Of a DNA stretch of 64,000 nt, positions 7,495-18,567 are shown one piece after another. The position numbers and the translations under genes are program-made. This DNA comes from Acidimicrobiia bacterium (GTDB taxonomy: Bacteria; Actinomycetota; Acidimicrobiia; IMCC26256; JAENVU01), in contig JANPMG010000002.1 of NCBI GenBank assembly GCA_031422675.1, positions 4,379-68,378 on the forward strand, read 5' to 3'. A model generated the notes under the pieces. The model had not been told where the DNA came from. It saw only the letters and a list, made by a program, of their open reading frames with translations, and did not search any database. The stretch's first letter is position 1; every line of letters starts with the position of its first letter.

Positions 7495-8868
7495 TCAGTA
7501 CAGGATCGCGCAGCTGCTCATGCGGATCTCGCCGCTGGTGCACTTGTCGGCACCGTCACCGCCACGGATGGAGTCGTCCCCGAGGCCACCGTCGATGATG
7601 TCGATCGCCGCGTCGCCGTACAGGTCGTCGTTCCCTGCTCCGCCGTCGATGGTGTCGGCTCCGCCACCGCCGTAGACGACATCGTTCCCGTCACCACCGC
7701 AGAGGAAGTCGCCCTTCCCGAGGCCCGAGATGATGTCGTTCCCGGCGAGGCCGTGGATCACGTCGATACCCGCCGTGCCGGTGATCGTGTCGTTGCCACC
7801 GGTTCCCACCTTGGTCGGGGTGCGACCCAGGCACGTCGGGACCGTCACCAGGTACGCGCACGAACGCGACGTGACGTTGCCGGCGCGGTCGAATCCGGTC
7901 AGCGTCGCCGATCGCAGACCCGCGATCGACGTATCGGCCGGAGCACCCACGGTGGCGGTGTTCACGCCCGAGAGTGCGTCGGCGACGGTTCCGCTGATGG
8001 TCGCGTTCGGATCGCCGAGGGTGAATGTTGGGCTCGTGTTGCAGGTCACCGTCGGTGCGGTGGCGTCGCGCTTGATCGTCGCGGATCCGGTTCCCGGACC
8101 TCCGAATCCGGCCGAGACGGCGGTGCAGGTCTGGGTGTATCCGGGAGTATCGGATGTCACGGTGACCGGATCGCAGCCGGTGGCGGAGACGATGGCCGAT
8201 TCCGGGTCCACCACGGACCAGCTGATGCCGACGTTGGACCGGTACCAACCGTTGTTGCCGATCGTGCCGGTGACCGTCGGGGTGACGACGGGCGCGGTGT
8301 AGTCGCGCCCGGCAGGTCGCCAGAGGAACACGCCGCGAATGGAGCTGGCAGCGTCGGCGTCCGGACCCAGGCCGATGCTGCCACTCGAGGTCGTACCGGT
8401 GCCGGCCGTGGAGTACCCCGCGCCCGCACCGATCGGCTGACCGGTTCCGGCATCGGTCGACGCCGTCCAGCCGCCGGTCCATTCGCTGTAGAAGTACGTC
8501 AACGATGTGTAGGTCGTCCAACGCATCACACCGAGAAAGCCGGCCGCGCCGAAGAATCCATCGATGCCGTCGACGGAGTCCGCCGTGGCGAGGCCCGGTG
8601 CGTAGGGCAACATGAGGTCTCGGACCTGGGGTGCGGTCGCCCACGTCCAGCCGGTGAGATCGCGGCCGCCGACGCTGCCCGAACACGCAGTGACACCGTC
8701 GGTCGGACAGACGGAGGCCACCTGTGACCAGGAGAGGCCCGTGGTCGTGTACAGCTCGCGCCACTCCCGGCCGTTCTCGGTGGGCGCAGCGCTCGCACTG
8801 GGTACCGCGACGGCACCCAGTGACCCGAGCAGTGCGATGACCCCGATGAGCGCGCGCGATCGCCGCAT
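7495..8868 (-). CDS. Secreted protein with C-terminal RTX-type (hemolysin-type) Ca-binding nonapeptide repeats
   Basis: ATG 8868 follows the RBS gggggA. The signal peptide is MRRSRALIGVIALLGSLGAVAVPSASA. The C-terminus carries GGxGxD repeats (GTGGNDTITG, GLAGNDIISG, GGDGNDVVYGGGGADTIDGGAGNDDLYG...). Confidence 0.85.
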   Translation of the reverse strand: MRRSRALIGVIALLGSLGAVAVPSASAAPTENGREWRELYTTTGLSWSQVASVCPTDGVTACSGSVGGRDLTGWTWATAPQVRDLMLPYAPGLATADSVDGIDGFFGAAGFLGVMRWTTYTSLTYFYSEWTGGWTASTDAGTGQPIGAGAGYSTAGTGTTSSGSIGLGPDADAASSIRGVFLWRPAGRDYTAPVVTPTVTGTIGNNGWYRSNVGISWSVVDPESAIVSATGCDPVTVTSDTPGYTQTCTAVSAGFGGPGTGSATIKRDATAPTVTCNTSPTFTLGDPNATISGTVADALSGVNTATVGAPADTSIAGLRSATLTGFDRAGNVTSRSCAYLVTVPTCLGRTPTKVGTGGNDTITGTAGIDVIHGLAGNDIISGLGKGDFLCGGDGNDVVYGGGGADTIDGGAGNDDLYGDAAIDIIDGGLGDDSIRGGDGADKCTSGEIRMSSCAILY

Positions 8869-8995
8869 AGCAAATCCCCCAATGCCGTTGCGGGCCGACG
8901 GTGGGCCCGGTCCCTTGATTATCGGCCCGCCTGGGTCGATGGACCACTGGACATTGGTCGTAGTACCCGGCTCGAGGTTGGGACGAATACCTTCT

Positions 8996-9013
8996 TTGCC
9001 GGGCACCCGGCAA
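8996..9013 (-). terminator. Possible hairpin terminator after the response regulator
   Basis: ttgccgg-gcac-ccggcaa, a 7-bp stem 19 nt past the stop at 9032. There is no U-tract. Confidence 0.3.
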
Positions 9014-9031
9014 CGAAACGTGGCGGGTCGA

Positions 9032-9670
9032 TCACGTACGGTGGTCACGCGCCCAGAGCGCAGCCTGGGTCCGGTCGGCCACGCCGAGAGCGGTGAAGAT
9101 CGACGTGAGGTGGGCCTTGACTGTGCGCTCCCGGATGCCGAGCCGGGTGGCGATCTGCTTGTTGGCCAGCCCGAGCGCAACGAGGTCGAGCACCTCGGCC
9201 TCGCGGGTCGTGAGCTTGGGAGTCCGGCGGTGCGATCGCTCGGCATCGAGCAGTGCTCGCGCCGCGAGCGGATCCAGCGGTGCCTCTCCGGCATGGGCCG
9301 ATCGGATGGCAGCGATCACCTCTTCCGGGGTGGCGTGCTTGAGTAGGTATCCGCTCGCGCCCGCGTGCAGCGCCGCGAGCACCGTCTTCTGTTCGGCGAA
9401 GGACGTGAGCGCGATGACGTGCACCCGCAGATCGAGCTCGGCGGCGCGGTCGCACACCTGCCGGGTGGCCTCGATGCCGCCGATGCCCGGCATCGAGAGA
9501 TCCATGAGCATGACGTCCGGTCGGTGCAGCTCGAGCAGGTCGACGGCCGCTTCGCCGGTGCCCACTGCGGCGATCAGCTCCATGTCGGCGACGTTGGCCA
9601 CAACCTGTTCGAGGCCACGTCGGACCACCTCGTGATCGTCGACCACCACGATCCGCAGCGGTTCGGTCAT
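9032..9670 (-). CDS. NarL/LuxR-family response regulator
   Basis: Receiver domain (IVVVDDHEVVRRGL...DVMLMDLSMPG) plus a LuxR HTH (LTTREAEVLDLVALGLANKQIATRLGIRERTVKAHL). Confidence 0.93.
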   Translation of the reverse strand: MTEPLRIVVVDDHEVVRRGLEQVVANVADMELIAAVGTGEAAVDLLELHRPDVMLMDLSMPGIGGIEATRQVCDRAAELDLRVHVIALTSFAEQKTVLAALHAGASGYLLKHATPEEVIAAIRSAHAGEAPLDPLAARALLDAERSHRRTPKLTTREAEVLDLVALGLANKQIATRLGIRERTVKAHLTSIFTALGVADRTQAALWARDHRT

Positions 9671-10992
9671 GTATGTGGGACCTCGATGTCAAGAGTGGTG
9701 CCGGTGCCGGGAACGGACGCGAACCTGAATGTACCGCCCGCTTCGGCGACCAGATCGCGAATGCCTCGCAACCCGAAATGGCCGCTCGCCGGTGCGGTCA
9801 GGACCGCTGCGGGATCACAACCGACGCCGTCATCGGTGACCCGGAGCTGAAGCCGGCCGTCGGTGTTCATCAGCGACACCCGAGCGCGGCTCGCTCGGGC
9901 GTGGGTGGTGATGTTCCGGACCGCTTCCTGCGCGGCGCGAAAAATGAGCGCGGCCAAGGTCTTTGGCACCGGCCCGTCGAGTCCGAGGACCTCGATTGAA
10001 GCATCGACCCCGCCGGTGCGCAGCCGCGCCACGAGATCGGTCAGCGCGGCGACGAGTCCCTCCTCGAAGAGGTTCGGTGGGTAGATCTCCACGAGCAGCG
10101 ATCGGAGGGCCTGCACGCTATCTCGGAGTTCGTGCTCGGTGCGCGACAACAGCTGCTCGACATCGCCGTCGATGCCGGGCCGGCGCGCGATCCCCCCGAG
10201 CGTGAACGCCGCGCCGGCGAGACCCTGCACCACCCCGTCGTGGAGATCGGCGGCCACTCGGCGCCGCTCCACCGTTGCCGCCTCGAGCGCCTGATGCAGT
10301 ACCCGTTCGCTCTCACGTTGCCGGCGCTGCAGCCGCCGGGCGAGCGACCACGCCAATGGAATCTGAACGAGCTGGAGCACGATGAGCGCACCGATCGTCC
10401 ACGGTGCCGAGTTGCGCCAGAAGCGCGAGCCGGCCGACGAGACGGTGTCGTAGGCGAAGTACGCCTCGAACAAGAGCCGCGCCCCGGGAAACGGACGGAG
10501 CGGCGTGTAGACCTCGAGCAACTTTCGGTCTCGGCGCTCGAACTGGTTCTCCGGGCTGGAGAGATCGCTGACGCCGGCGACCACCCGGCGCTCCGATCGG
10601 ACGACATCGATCTCCTCGCCATCGAGCTCGAACTGCCGGCCGATCAGCCGGTCTTCGTCGGAGTACACGATCGTGCCGTCGGCGGACCAGATCTTGATCC
10701 GGACGACCGATCGGTCGAGCACCGAACGCCTCACGACGTCGTCGAGCCGACGGCGCGCAGTGGGGTCGCCGAGTAGGAGCGCCGGTGTGACGTATGCGGC
10801 GACCACCTGGGCGCGCAAGAGAGTGGTGGCACGCGCGGCATCGATGGCGGACCGTTGACCGGCGTTCCGGCTCGCGAACTGGGTGGCCACACCCACCACG
10901 ATCATTGCGATGAGTCCAGCGATGCTGAACTGCACGACCGAGCGCAGAACGAGGCCGTCTCCACGGGGACGCGAGGCGGCGGCGGTGTTCAC
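9667..10992 (-). CDS. Sensor histidine kinase (HisKA_3 / NarX-DesK type)
   Basis: Contains a TM helix, an H-box (RRRVAADLHDGVVQGL) and an ATPase domain (RVTDDGVGCD...GLRGIRDLVAEAGGTF). ATGA overlap with the regulator. Confidence 0.9.
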   Translation of the reverse strand: MNTAAASRPRGDGLVLRSVVQFSIAGLIAMIVVGVATQFASRNAGQRSAIDAARATTLLRAQVVAAYVTPALLLGDPTARRRLDDVVRRSVLDRSVVRIKIWSADGTIVYSDEDRLIGRQFELDGEEIDVVRSERRVVAGVSDLSSPENQFERRDRKLLEVYTPLRPFPGARLLFEAYFAYDTVSSAGSRFWRNSAPWTIGALIVLQLVQIPLAWSLARRLQRRQRESERVLHQALEAATVERRRVAADLHDGVVQGLAGAAFTLGGIARRPGIDGDVEQLLSRTEHELRDSVQALRSLLVEIYPPNLFEEGLVAALTDLVARLRTGGVDASIEVLGLDGPVPKTLAALIFRAAQEAVRNITTHARASRARVSLMNTDGRLQLRVTDDGVGCDPAAVLTAPASGHFGLRGIRDLVAEAGGTFRFASVPGTGTTLDIEVPHT

Positions 10993-11015
10993 CGGCGGAG
11001 GCTACCGACCGTCCT

Positions 11016-12257
11016 TCACCCGGTGGTGACGGGGAGGGCGCTGAGCTGGCGGGTCACGAAGCTGGGGCGCCACTGCGGCGTTGGGTCCGCCGAGCGGAGG
11101 TGAGGGAACCGGCGCAGGACCGCGGGGATCACCACCTGCGCTTCGAGGCGCCCGAGCGCGGCCCCCACACAGAAGTGCAGGCCCTTTCCGAATGCGACAT
11201 GACGGCTGTTGTTGCGGTGCAGGTCGAAATGATCGGGATCGGTGAAGACCTCCGGATCGCGATTGGCGGAGCCGAGGAGCAGCCGCACCATGGTGCCGGG
11301 TTCGAGGGTGACGCCGTGGCACTCGACCCGTTCGTGGGGCCACCGCCCACCACCGGACGCCACCTGGAGGGGTCCCATGAACCGCAGGGTCTCCTCGACG
11401 ACCGCCGGCGCCGCGTTCGGGTTGTCGCGCACTTCGGCGGCGACGTCGGCGCGTTCCAGCAGCAGGTGGAGTGCCGTCGATATCAGGCTCATCGTGGTCT
11501 CGTGACCGGCGATGAGCAGCAGGATGATCAACGCCATGAGTTCGTCGCTGGTCAGCTGCTGCCCGTCCGCCTCCGCCGCGATGAGGGCGGAAATGAGATC
11601 GTCGCCGGGGTCGCGGCGGCGCCGCTCCACCAGGGCGCCGGCGTATTCGAGGAACGCGTCGGCCGCTCGGCCCGCAGCCGGGAGCGCCTCGACGTCGATG
11701 GGGATGTCGTCGAAGGCGGTGAGGTCGAGGGTCCAGTCCCGCAGCTGGTCGCGGTCGGTGTCGGGGACGGCGAGGAGTTCGGTGATGGCCATGATCGGGA
11801 ACGGTTCGGCGATCTCGTGCACGACGTCGAAGCTCGGTGCGGTCGCCAGTTGATCCAGGAGCGCGTCGATCATGTGGGTGAGGCGGGGGCGCAAGGCTTC
11901 GACGCGGCGAGGTGTGAACGCTTGTGAGACCAGGGCCCGGATCCGGGTGTGCTGTGGCGGGTCGACGAACAGCAAGAGGTTCTCGGAGAGCATCCGAACC
12001 GAAGGTGGGGCGACCGTGGCGAACGCATCGCGCCACGCCGGCGGGGTCGCAACGCCGAATCGGTCGTCGCGCAGGAGCGCATCCACATCGGCGTGGCGCG
12101 AGATCACGTATCCCACGTCCGGGTGATGGTGGACGGGCGCCTGTATCCGGAGCGCTCGATACCAGGGGATCGGGTCGTGGCGGAACGCAGGGTCGCGCGG
12201 ATTCCAGTCCCTCGGATCCAGGTTCGTGTGCGGGCCGGTGCTCTCCGATCGGGGCAC
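11016..12257 (-). CDS. Cytochrome P450
   Basis: C-terminal part of ORF 11016..14180. GTG 12257 overlaps the upstream TAG. Motifs are AGHETT, EETLR and the heme loop FGKGLHFCVGAALGRLE. Confidence 0.92.
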   Translation of the reverse strand: MPRSESTGPHTNLDPRDWNPRDPAFRHDPIPWYRALRIQAPVHHHPDVGYVISRHADVDALLRDDRFGVATPPAWRDAFATVAPPSVRMLSENLLLFVDPPQHTRIRALVSQAFTPRRVEALRPRLTHMIDALLDQLATAPSFDVVHEIAEPFPIMAITELLAVPDTDRDQLRDWTLDLTAFDDIPIDVEALPAAGRAADAFLEYAGALVERRRRDPGDDLISALIAAEADGQQLTSDELMALIILLLIAGHETTMSLISTALHLLLERADVAAEVRDNPNAAPAVVEETLRFMGPLQVASGGGRWPHERVECHGVTLEPGTMVRLLLGSANRDPEVFTDPDHFDLHRNNSRHVAFGKGLHFCVGAALGRLEAQVVIPAVLRRFPHLRSADPTPQWRPSFVTRQLSALPVTTG

Positions 12258-12889
12258 TACGACGTCATGCCGCCGAGGCCGACGAGACCGCGCGCGAGTT
12301 CGATCTCGCCCATGTGGCGGAGGCCGTGCTGATAGAGCCAACACTCGAAGCCGTCGAGCACGGTGATTCCCTCGGGCCCGGCGCACCGGGCGCTGTAGGT
12401 GGAGGCCACCTGCGGCGGGTAGGGCGGTGCAATGAGAACGCGAGAGAGGTCGTTCGGATCCATGGTGGCGAGATGACCCTCGGTCCGGTCGAACACTGCT
12501 CGCTGGTACTCCTTGAACGCCTCGTAATCGCCGATCCGCTGGTGAATCATCTCCTCCACACTGCGGTGCTTCCCGTGGTCGTCGATCGTCATCGCGACGC
12601 GCGCTTGCCACTCGTCGTTCCAGATCGGCGGAATACCGGTGATCATCATGAAGGACGCGTCCTGCATGTTCGTGTAGTGGAACAACGAGAACGCGATCGG
12701 GAGCACGCCGTCGCGCTCGAAATGGTTCACGTGGTCGAGGTCCATGCTCTCGACGGCTTGGTAGTACAGCGAGTGCATCGTCGCCATCCGGCGCTGCAAC
12801 GAGTCGAGCAGGACATCGCCGATCACAGGGCTCATGAGATCCTCCACCACGCCAATATCGCCGTTCGTGATGCGCACGGTAGGGCGCAT
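12257..12889 (-). CDS. DinB-like helical-bundle protein (function unknown)
   Basis: The 210-aa ORF has protein-like, low-Arg composition. LDHVNHFERDGVLPIAFSLFHYTNMQD and a C-terminal WLYQHGLRHMGEI resemble DinB_2-type His-rich bundles. It is translationally coupled to the P450. Confidence 0.55.
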   Translation of the reverse strand: MRPTVRITNGDIGVVEDLMSPVIGDVLLDSLQRRMATMHSLYYQAVESMDLDHVNHFERDGVLPIAFSLFHYTNMQDASFMMITGIPPIWNDEWQARVAMTIDDHGKHRSVEEMIHQRIGDYEAFKEYQRAVFDRTEGHLATMDPNDLSRVLIAPPYPPQVASTYSARCAGPEGITVLDGFECWLYQHGLRHMGEIELARGLVGLGGMTS

Positions 12890-12983
12890 CGACCGCTGCC
12901 GTCATCCTCGACTCCGGTAGGGCAGACTCACCCAGCAGTCCCCTGGCGAACGGAGCACTCTCATGGTTGGCGGCGCACTCAAG

Positions 12984-14279
<1,296 letters not shown>

Positions 14280-14281
14280 TC

Positions 14282-14638
14282 ATGCAGCCGCTCGACATCC
14301 ATCACGTGTCCATCAACGTCGCCGATGTCCCGGCCGCGGTCAGCTTCTATACCGACGTGCTCGGGGCTTCGCTCCGAGATGATCGCCCCGACTTCGGTTT
14401 CGGGGGTGCCTGGCTGGACTTCGGCGGCCGCCAGCTGCACCTCATCGAAGCTCCGGTGCCGGCCAACCACGGGCAGCACTTCGCGGTCCGGGTGGAGGAT
14501 CTTCCGGCCACGGTCGAGGAACTCCGCGGGCGCGGCTTCGACATCACCGACGCGACCCCGGTCGGATCCGGGCTGCAAGCGTTCATGACCGATCCGTCGG
14601 GCAACGCGATCGAGCTTCACCAGGTCGATGTCCGGTAG
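14282..14638 (+). CDS. VOC / glyoxalase-family protein
   Basis: IHHVSINVADVPAAVSFYTDVLG...HFAVRVEDL...FMTDPSGNAIEL. Confidence 0.85.
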   Translation: MQPLDIHHVSINVADVPAAVSFYTDVLGASLRDDRPDFGFGGAWLDFGGRQLHLIEAPVPANHGQHFAVRVEDLPATVEELRGRGFDITDATPVGSGLQAFMTDPSGNAIELHQVDVR

Positions 14639-17600
14639 CGATACCAACGTGGCGCCTGACCCCAATCAGCGGATCACGCCGTACCTGCCGCGGTTGGTGA
14701 TCGATTGGATCCGCGACGAACCCGCAGTGCTGGCGCGTCGCCTTGACGGCACGATCGTGTTCATCGACGTGTCCGGGTTCACCAAACTCTCCGAACGCCT
14801 GGCGCGCGCCGGAAACGTCGGTGCCGAAGAGCTCGCCGAGACGATCGGCTCCACCTTTTCCGAACTCCTCACGGTCGCCTACGCGAACGGTGGCGGTCTC
14901 GTGAAGTTCGGCGGCGACGCGCTGTTCCTCTTCTTCTCCGGTGAGCATCACGCCAGCCGAGCTTGCGCGTCGGCGATCGGCATGCGCGCGACGCTCCGAG
15001 ATCAGGGCACGCTGACCGTGCTCGGTCAGCACGTTCGGCTGCGCATGTCCATCGGAGTGCACACGGCCGGCTTCGAGTTCTTTCTCGTCGGGAACAGCCA
15101 TCGCGAACTGGTGGCCGCCGGTCCCGGCATCAGCGCGGTCGCCGAACTCGAAGGTGCAGCCGAGGCCGGCGAGATCCTGATCAGCCCCGAGACCGCCGGC
15201 CTGATCGCGCGGTCGCTGGTGGGAAACGCGAAGGGGCCGGGATTGCTCCTGCGGCGGGCGCCGCGCGGGAAGCTGGTCACCGCCGTTGATTTCACGCCGC
15301 TCGAACTGGACGGGGGGATCGACCTCGCCACCTGTGTCCCCGCCGGATTGCGGTCGTCGATCGTCGGCGCGAGTCAACGCGAGCACCGGCGGGTGGCGGT
15401 CGCGTTCATCCACTTCGACGGCACGGACGAACTCATCCGCGATTCGGCGCTCGATGAGGTTGCGGACCGCATCCGACAGTTGGTGACGACGATCCAGGAG
15501 GCAGCCGACCGGAACGGCGTCACGTTCCTCGCCACCGATGTCGACCGAGACGGCGGCAAGATCATCCTGACCGCCGGCGCGCCCTCGGGCTCGGGTGACG
15601 ACGAACGACGCATGTTGCTGGCGCTGCGTGAGATCGTCGAGGCACCGCTGACGATCCCCGTACGGATCGGTGTCAATCGAGGGTTCGTCTTCGCGGGCGA
15701 CGTCGGCCCGGCCTACCGCCGCACCTACACGGTGATGGGCGACACCGTGAACCTGGCGGCCCGACTCATGGCCCACGCGTCGCCCGGTGAGATCCTCGCC
15801 ACGAGAGAGATCCTCGATCGTTCGCCCACCGCGTTCGCGCTCGATCCGGTCGAGCCCTTCTTCGTCAAGGGGAAGACCGAACCGGTCGAGGCCTGGCGGG
15901 TCGGGCCGGTACTCGGTGCGAAACCCGACGTCGAGAAGCTCGTCTTGGCGTTCACCGGCCGCGAAGCGGAACTCACGGCGTTGACGGCCGCGCGCGATTC
16001 GGCCCGGGACGGGATCGGTCGGGTGGTCGAGATCGTGGGTGCGGCCGGGATGGGGAAGTCTCGCCTCGTCGACGAGATCCGGGCTCGGTGTGAGGGGATG
16101 ATCGCGTCTTCGACCCGGTGCGAGCTCTACGAAGCCACCACTCCGTACTTCCCGCTGCGCGCCATCCTGCGGTCGCTCCTCGGCTTGGACCCGAATCGTC
16201 GCACCGATGCTGATGCCGAGCGGCTCGGTGACGCGATCGGAGCGGTGGCCGCCGAACTGGTGCCCTGGGCGCCGCTGCTCGCGATCGTCGCCGACGTACC
16301 GATGGCGGGTACGCCCGAGACCGATCGGCTGGAGGAGAAGTTCCGCGCCGCGCGCCTCGAGGCGGTGGTGCGGGAGGTCTTCACCGCGCTGCTCCCGACC
16401 CCGACCGTCCTCGTGATCGAGGACGCACAGTGGATCGACGAATCGTCGGCCCGGCTGCTTCGATCGCTGCTCGCGGACGTGAGCGAGCGGCCCTGGCTGG
16501 CGGTGATCACGCGCCGCGAGGACGCGCTGCGAACCGCGTTCGTGCCGCCGGGCGGCGTGGTGATGCACCTCGGTCCGTTGGCCCGGGAGGACGTCACGAA
16601 CCTCTTGCGTGATGCCACCCAAGATGTGCGGATCTCGGACGATCAAATCGAAGCGTTGGCGGAACGGTCCACCGGGAACCCGCTGTTCGTGCAGGAGCTC
16701 GTGGCGGCCGCCGGTTCGACGATGGCGATATCGGGCATTCCCGAGTCGGTCGAGGCACTCGTGGGCGCGAGCATCGACCGGTTGCTTCCCCAGGACCGAG
16801 ACCTGCTCCGCCGGCTCGCAGTGCTCGGGCGGTCGTTCCCGGAACACCTCGTCTCGGCCGTGTTGGAGACCTCGACGGTCGACTCGTCGGCGTGGAGTCG
16901 AGTGGAAGAGTTCCTGGTGCGCGATTCGTCCGGGCGATTGAGTTTCGAACACGCCCTGGTGCGCGACTCGGCCTACGAAGGTCTCGCGTATCGAGCGCGC
17001 AAGGATCTGCACTCGCGCGTCGGCGATGCGCTTCGTGACCGCGCCGGCACCGAGGGCGACGACCCGGTCGAGCTGCTGTCGTTGCATTTTCTCCGGGCGG
17101 AGCGATACGCGGAGGCGTTCGGATATTCGCGCGCGGCTGCCGAAGCGGCGCGTGAGATCTTCGCGGACCGAGAAGCCGCGGAACTGTACGAGCGCGCCCT
17201 GGAAGCGGCCCGCCATCTGCCGGACGTCACCAGCCGCGACCACGCCGGGCTCCGTGAACTCCTCGGCGATGTCCGTCACCGCAGCGGCGCGTTCGCCGAT
17301 GCCTTGACCGCATACCGGGATGCACGCCGATTTGTGCGCGGCGACCCCATTATCGAAGCCCGCCTCCAGCTCAAGGTGGCGTGGATCCGGGGATGGCTCG
17401 ATCGGTATTCGGAGGCGCTCCGAGCCATCACTCGCGGTCTCCGAGTGCTCGATGGCGTCGAAGGTCACGACGCCGCATGTCAACGGACAGCGATGCTCGC
17501 GTGGTACGCGCAGTTCTGCGAGGAGGGCGGAAAACATCGCCGCGCGATCGCGTGGGCTGAGAAAGCCATCGAGGCGGCGGAGGCGGCGCCGGATCGGAGT

Positions 17601-18527
17601 GGGCTCGCCCACGCGCTGAAGATCATGGGCTGGGCGCAGATGGAACTCGGCGAGCTCGAGACCGCGTCCACGCTGCGCCGGTCCCTTGCCCTGTACGAGA
17701 CGCTCGACGACCTTCCCGGCCAGGCCAGCGTTCTCAACATGCTGGGTGGGTTCGCCTACTGGCGCGGTGAGTGGGACGAAGCGCTGCTCCGCTACGAACG
17801 TGCGCGCGAGCTTTCCTCCCGCACCGGCAACACGGTTCTGGGCGCGTTCTGCGCAACGAACATCGGGGAGATCGCACTCGACCGGGGCGAACTCGAGCTC
17901 GCCGGTGCGCTATTCCGCGATGCGGCGAGGGTGTGGCGAGTGGCAGGCGACCGGCCCGGCTCGGCGTTCGTGAAGTTGCTCCTCGGTCGCACCGCCGCCG
18001 GCGCGGGTCGCTACGACGAGGCGCTCGAACTCCTGACCGAGGCCCAACACGAGTCGATGGAGGTCGGCGCGCAGGTAGATGCGCTGGAAGCGGCCGCGCG
18101 TATCGCCGAGTGCCACCTGGCGGCTGGGCGCCCGGCGGACGCGCTGCGCGTGGTGGACGAGACGATGGCCCAGGCTCAGGCGCTGGGCGGGGTCGCCGCG
18201 CAGACGCCGATGCTCGAGCGGACGCGCGGCCTCGCCCTCGTGGGGCTGCGCCGGATCGACGAGGCTCGCGCCGCCCTCGACATGAGTCTCGGTTCGGCGC
18301 GTTCCCGGCACGCGGCGTTCGAGATCGCGCTTTCGATGCTGGCGCTAGTCCGAGTGATCGAAGACCCGGCCGAGCGGGCGCGGGCCCAGGACGAGAGCGC
18401 CGCCATCCTCGCTCAGTTGGGGGTCTGGGTGATTCCCGAGATCTTCAATGCGTGGCCGCCGGCCGCGAAGCCAGCCACCGAGCCAGCCACCGGGAATGCC
18501 GCGCCACAGTCCGACGAGCGCGGCTGA
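14628..18527 (+). CDS. Large signalling protein: two class III nucleotidyl cyclase domains + P-loop STAND/AAA ATPase + TPR-like C-terminal repeats
   Basis: Cyclase 1 is IVFIDVSGFTKLSE...GGLVKFGGDALFLFF. Cyclase 2 is VAVAFIHFDGTDEL...YTVMGDTVNLAARLM...FFVKGKTEPVEAW. The Walker A is IVGAAGMGKSRLV. A long helical repeat region (LALYETLDD..., AGRYDEALELL) follows. Confidence 0.88.
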   Translation: MSGSDTNVAPDPNQRITPYLPRLVIDWIRDEPAVLARRLDGTIVFIDVSGFTKLSERLARAGNVGAEELAETIGSTFSELLTVAYANGGGLVKFGGDALFLFFSGEHHASRACASAIGMRATLRDQGTLTVLGQHVRLRMSIGVHTAGFEFFLVGNSHRELVAAGPGISAVAELEGAAEAGEILISPETAGLIARSLVGNAKGPGLLLRRAPRGKLVTAVDFTPLELDGGIDLATCVPAGLRSSIVGASQREHRRVAVAFIHFDGTDELIRDSALDEVADRIRQLVTTIQEAADRNGVTFLATDVDRDGGKIILTAGAPSGSGDDERRMLLALREIVEAPLTIPVRIGVNRGFVFAGDVGPAYRRTYTVMGDTVNLAARLMAHASPGEILATREILDRSPTAFALDPVEPFFVKGKTEPVEAWRVGPVLGAKPDVEKLVLAFTGREAELTALTAARDSARDGIGRVVEIVGAAGMGKSRLVDEIRARCEGMIASSTRCELYEATTPYFPLRAILRSLLGLDPNRRTDADAERLGDAIGAVAAELVPWAPLLAIVADVPMAGTPETDRLEEKFRAARLEAVVREVFTALLPTPTVLVIEDAQWIDESSARLLRSLLADVSERPWLAVITRREDALRTAFVPPGGVVMHLGPLAREDVTNLLRDATQDVRISDDQIEALAERSTGNPLFVQELVAAAGSTMAISGIPESVEALVGASIDRLLPQDRDLLRRLAVLGRSFPEHLVSAVLETSTVDSSAWSRVEEFLVRDSSGRLSFEHALVRDSAYEGLAYRARKDLHSRVGDALRDRAGTEGDDPVELLSLHFLRAERYAEAFGYSRAAAEAAREIFADREAAELYERALEAARHLPDVTSRDHAGLRELLGDVRHRSGAFADALTAYRDARRFVRGDPIIEARLQLKVAWIRGWLDRYSEALRAITRGLRVLDGVEGHDAACQRTAMLAWYAQFCEEGGKHRRAIAWAEKAIEAAEAAPDRSGLAHALKIMGWAQMELGELETASTLRRSLALYETLDDLPGQASVLNMLGGFAYWRGEWDEALLRYERARELSSRTGNTVLGAFCATNIGEIALDRGELELAGALFRDAARVWRVAGDRPGSAFVKLLLGRTAAGAGRYDEALELLTEAQHESMEVGAQVDALEAAARIAECHLAAGRPADALRVVDETMAQAQALGGVAAQTPMLERTRGLALVGLRRIDEARAALDMSLGSARSRHAAFEIALSMLALVRVIEDPAERARAQDESAAILAQLGVWVIPEIFNAWPPAAKPATEPATGNAAPQSDERG

Positions 18528-18567
18528 GCGAAGGCGCTCCCGTGCCGCGCGGGTTGGCGCGGTTCGA

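Noticed and set aside
7691-9013. 440-aa minus-strand ORF and the plus-strand ORFs 7730..8302 and 7753..8727 overlapping the RTX protein gene.
   Set aside because: These are alternative frames of the same GC-rich region with Arg-rich translations. The 7495..8868 frame has the signal peptide and the RTX repeats.
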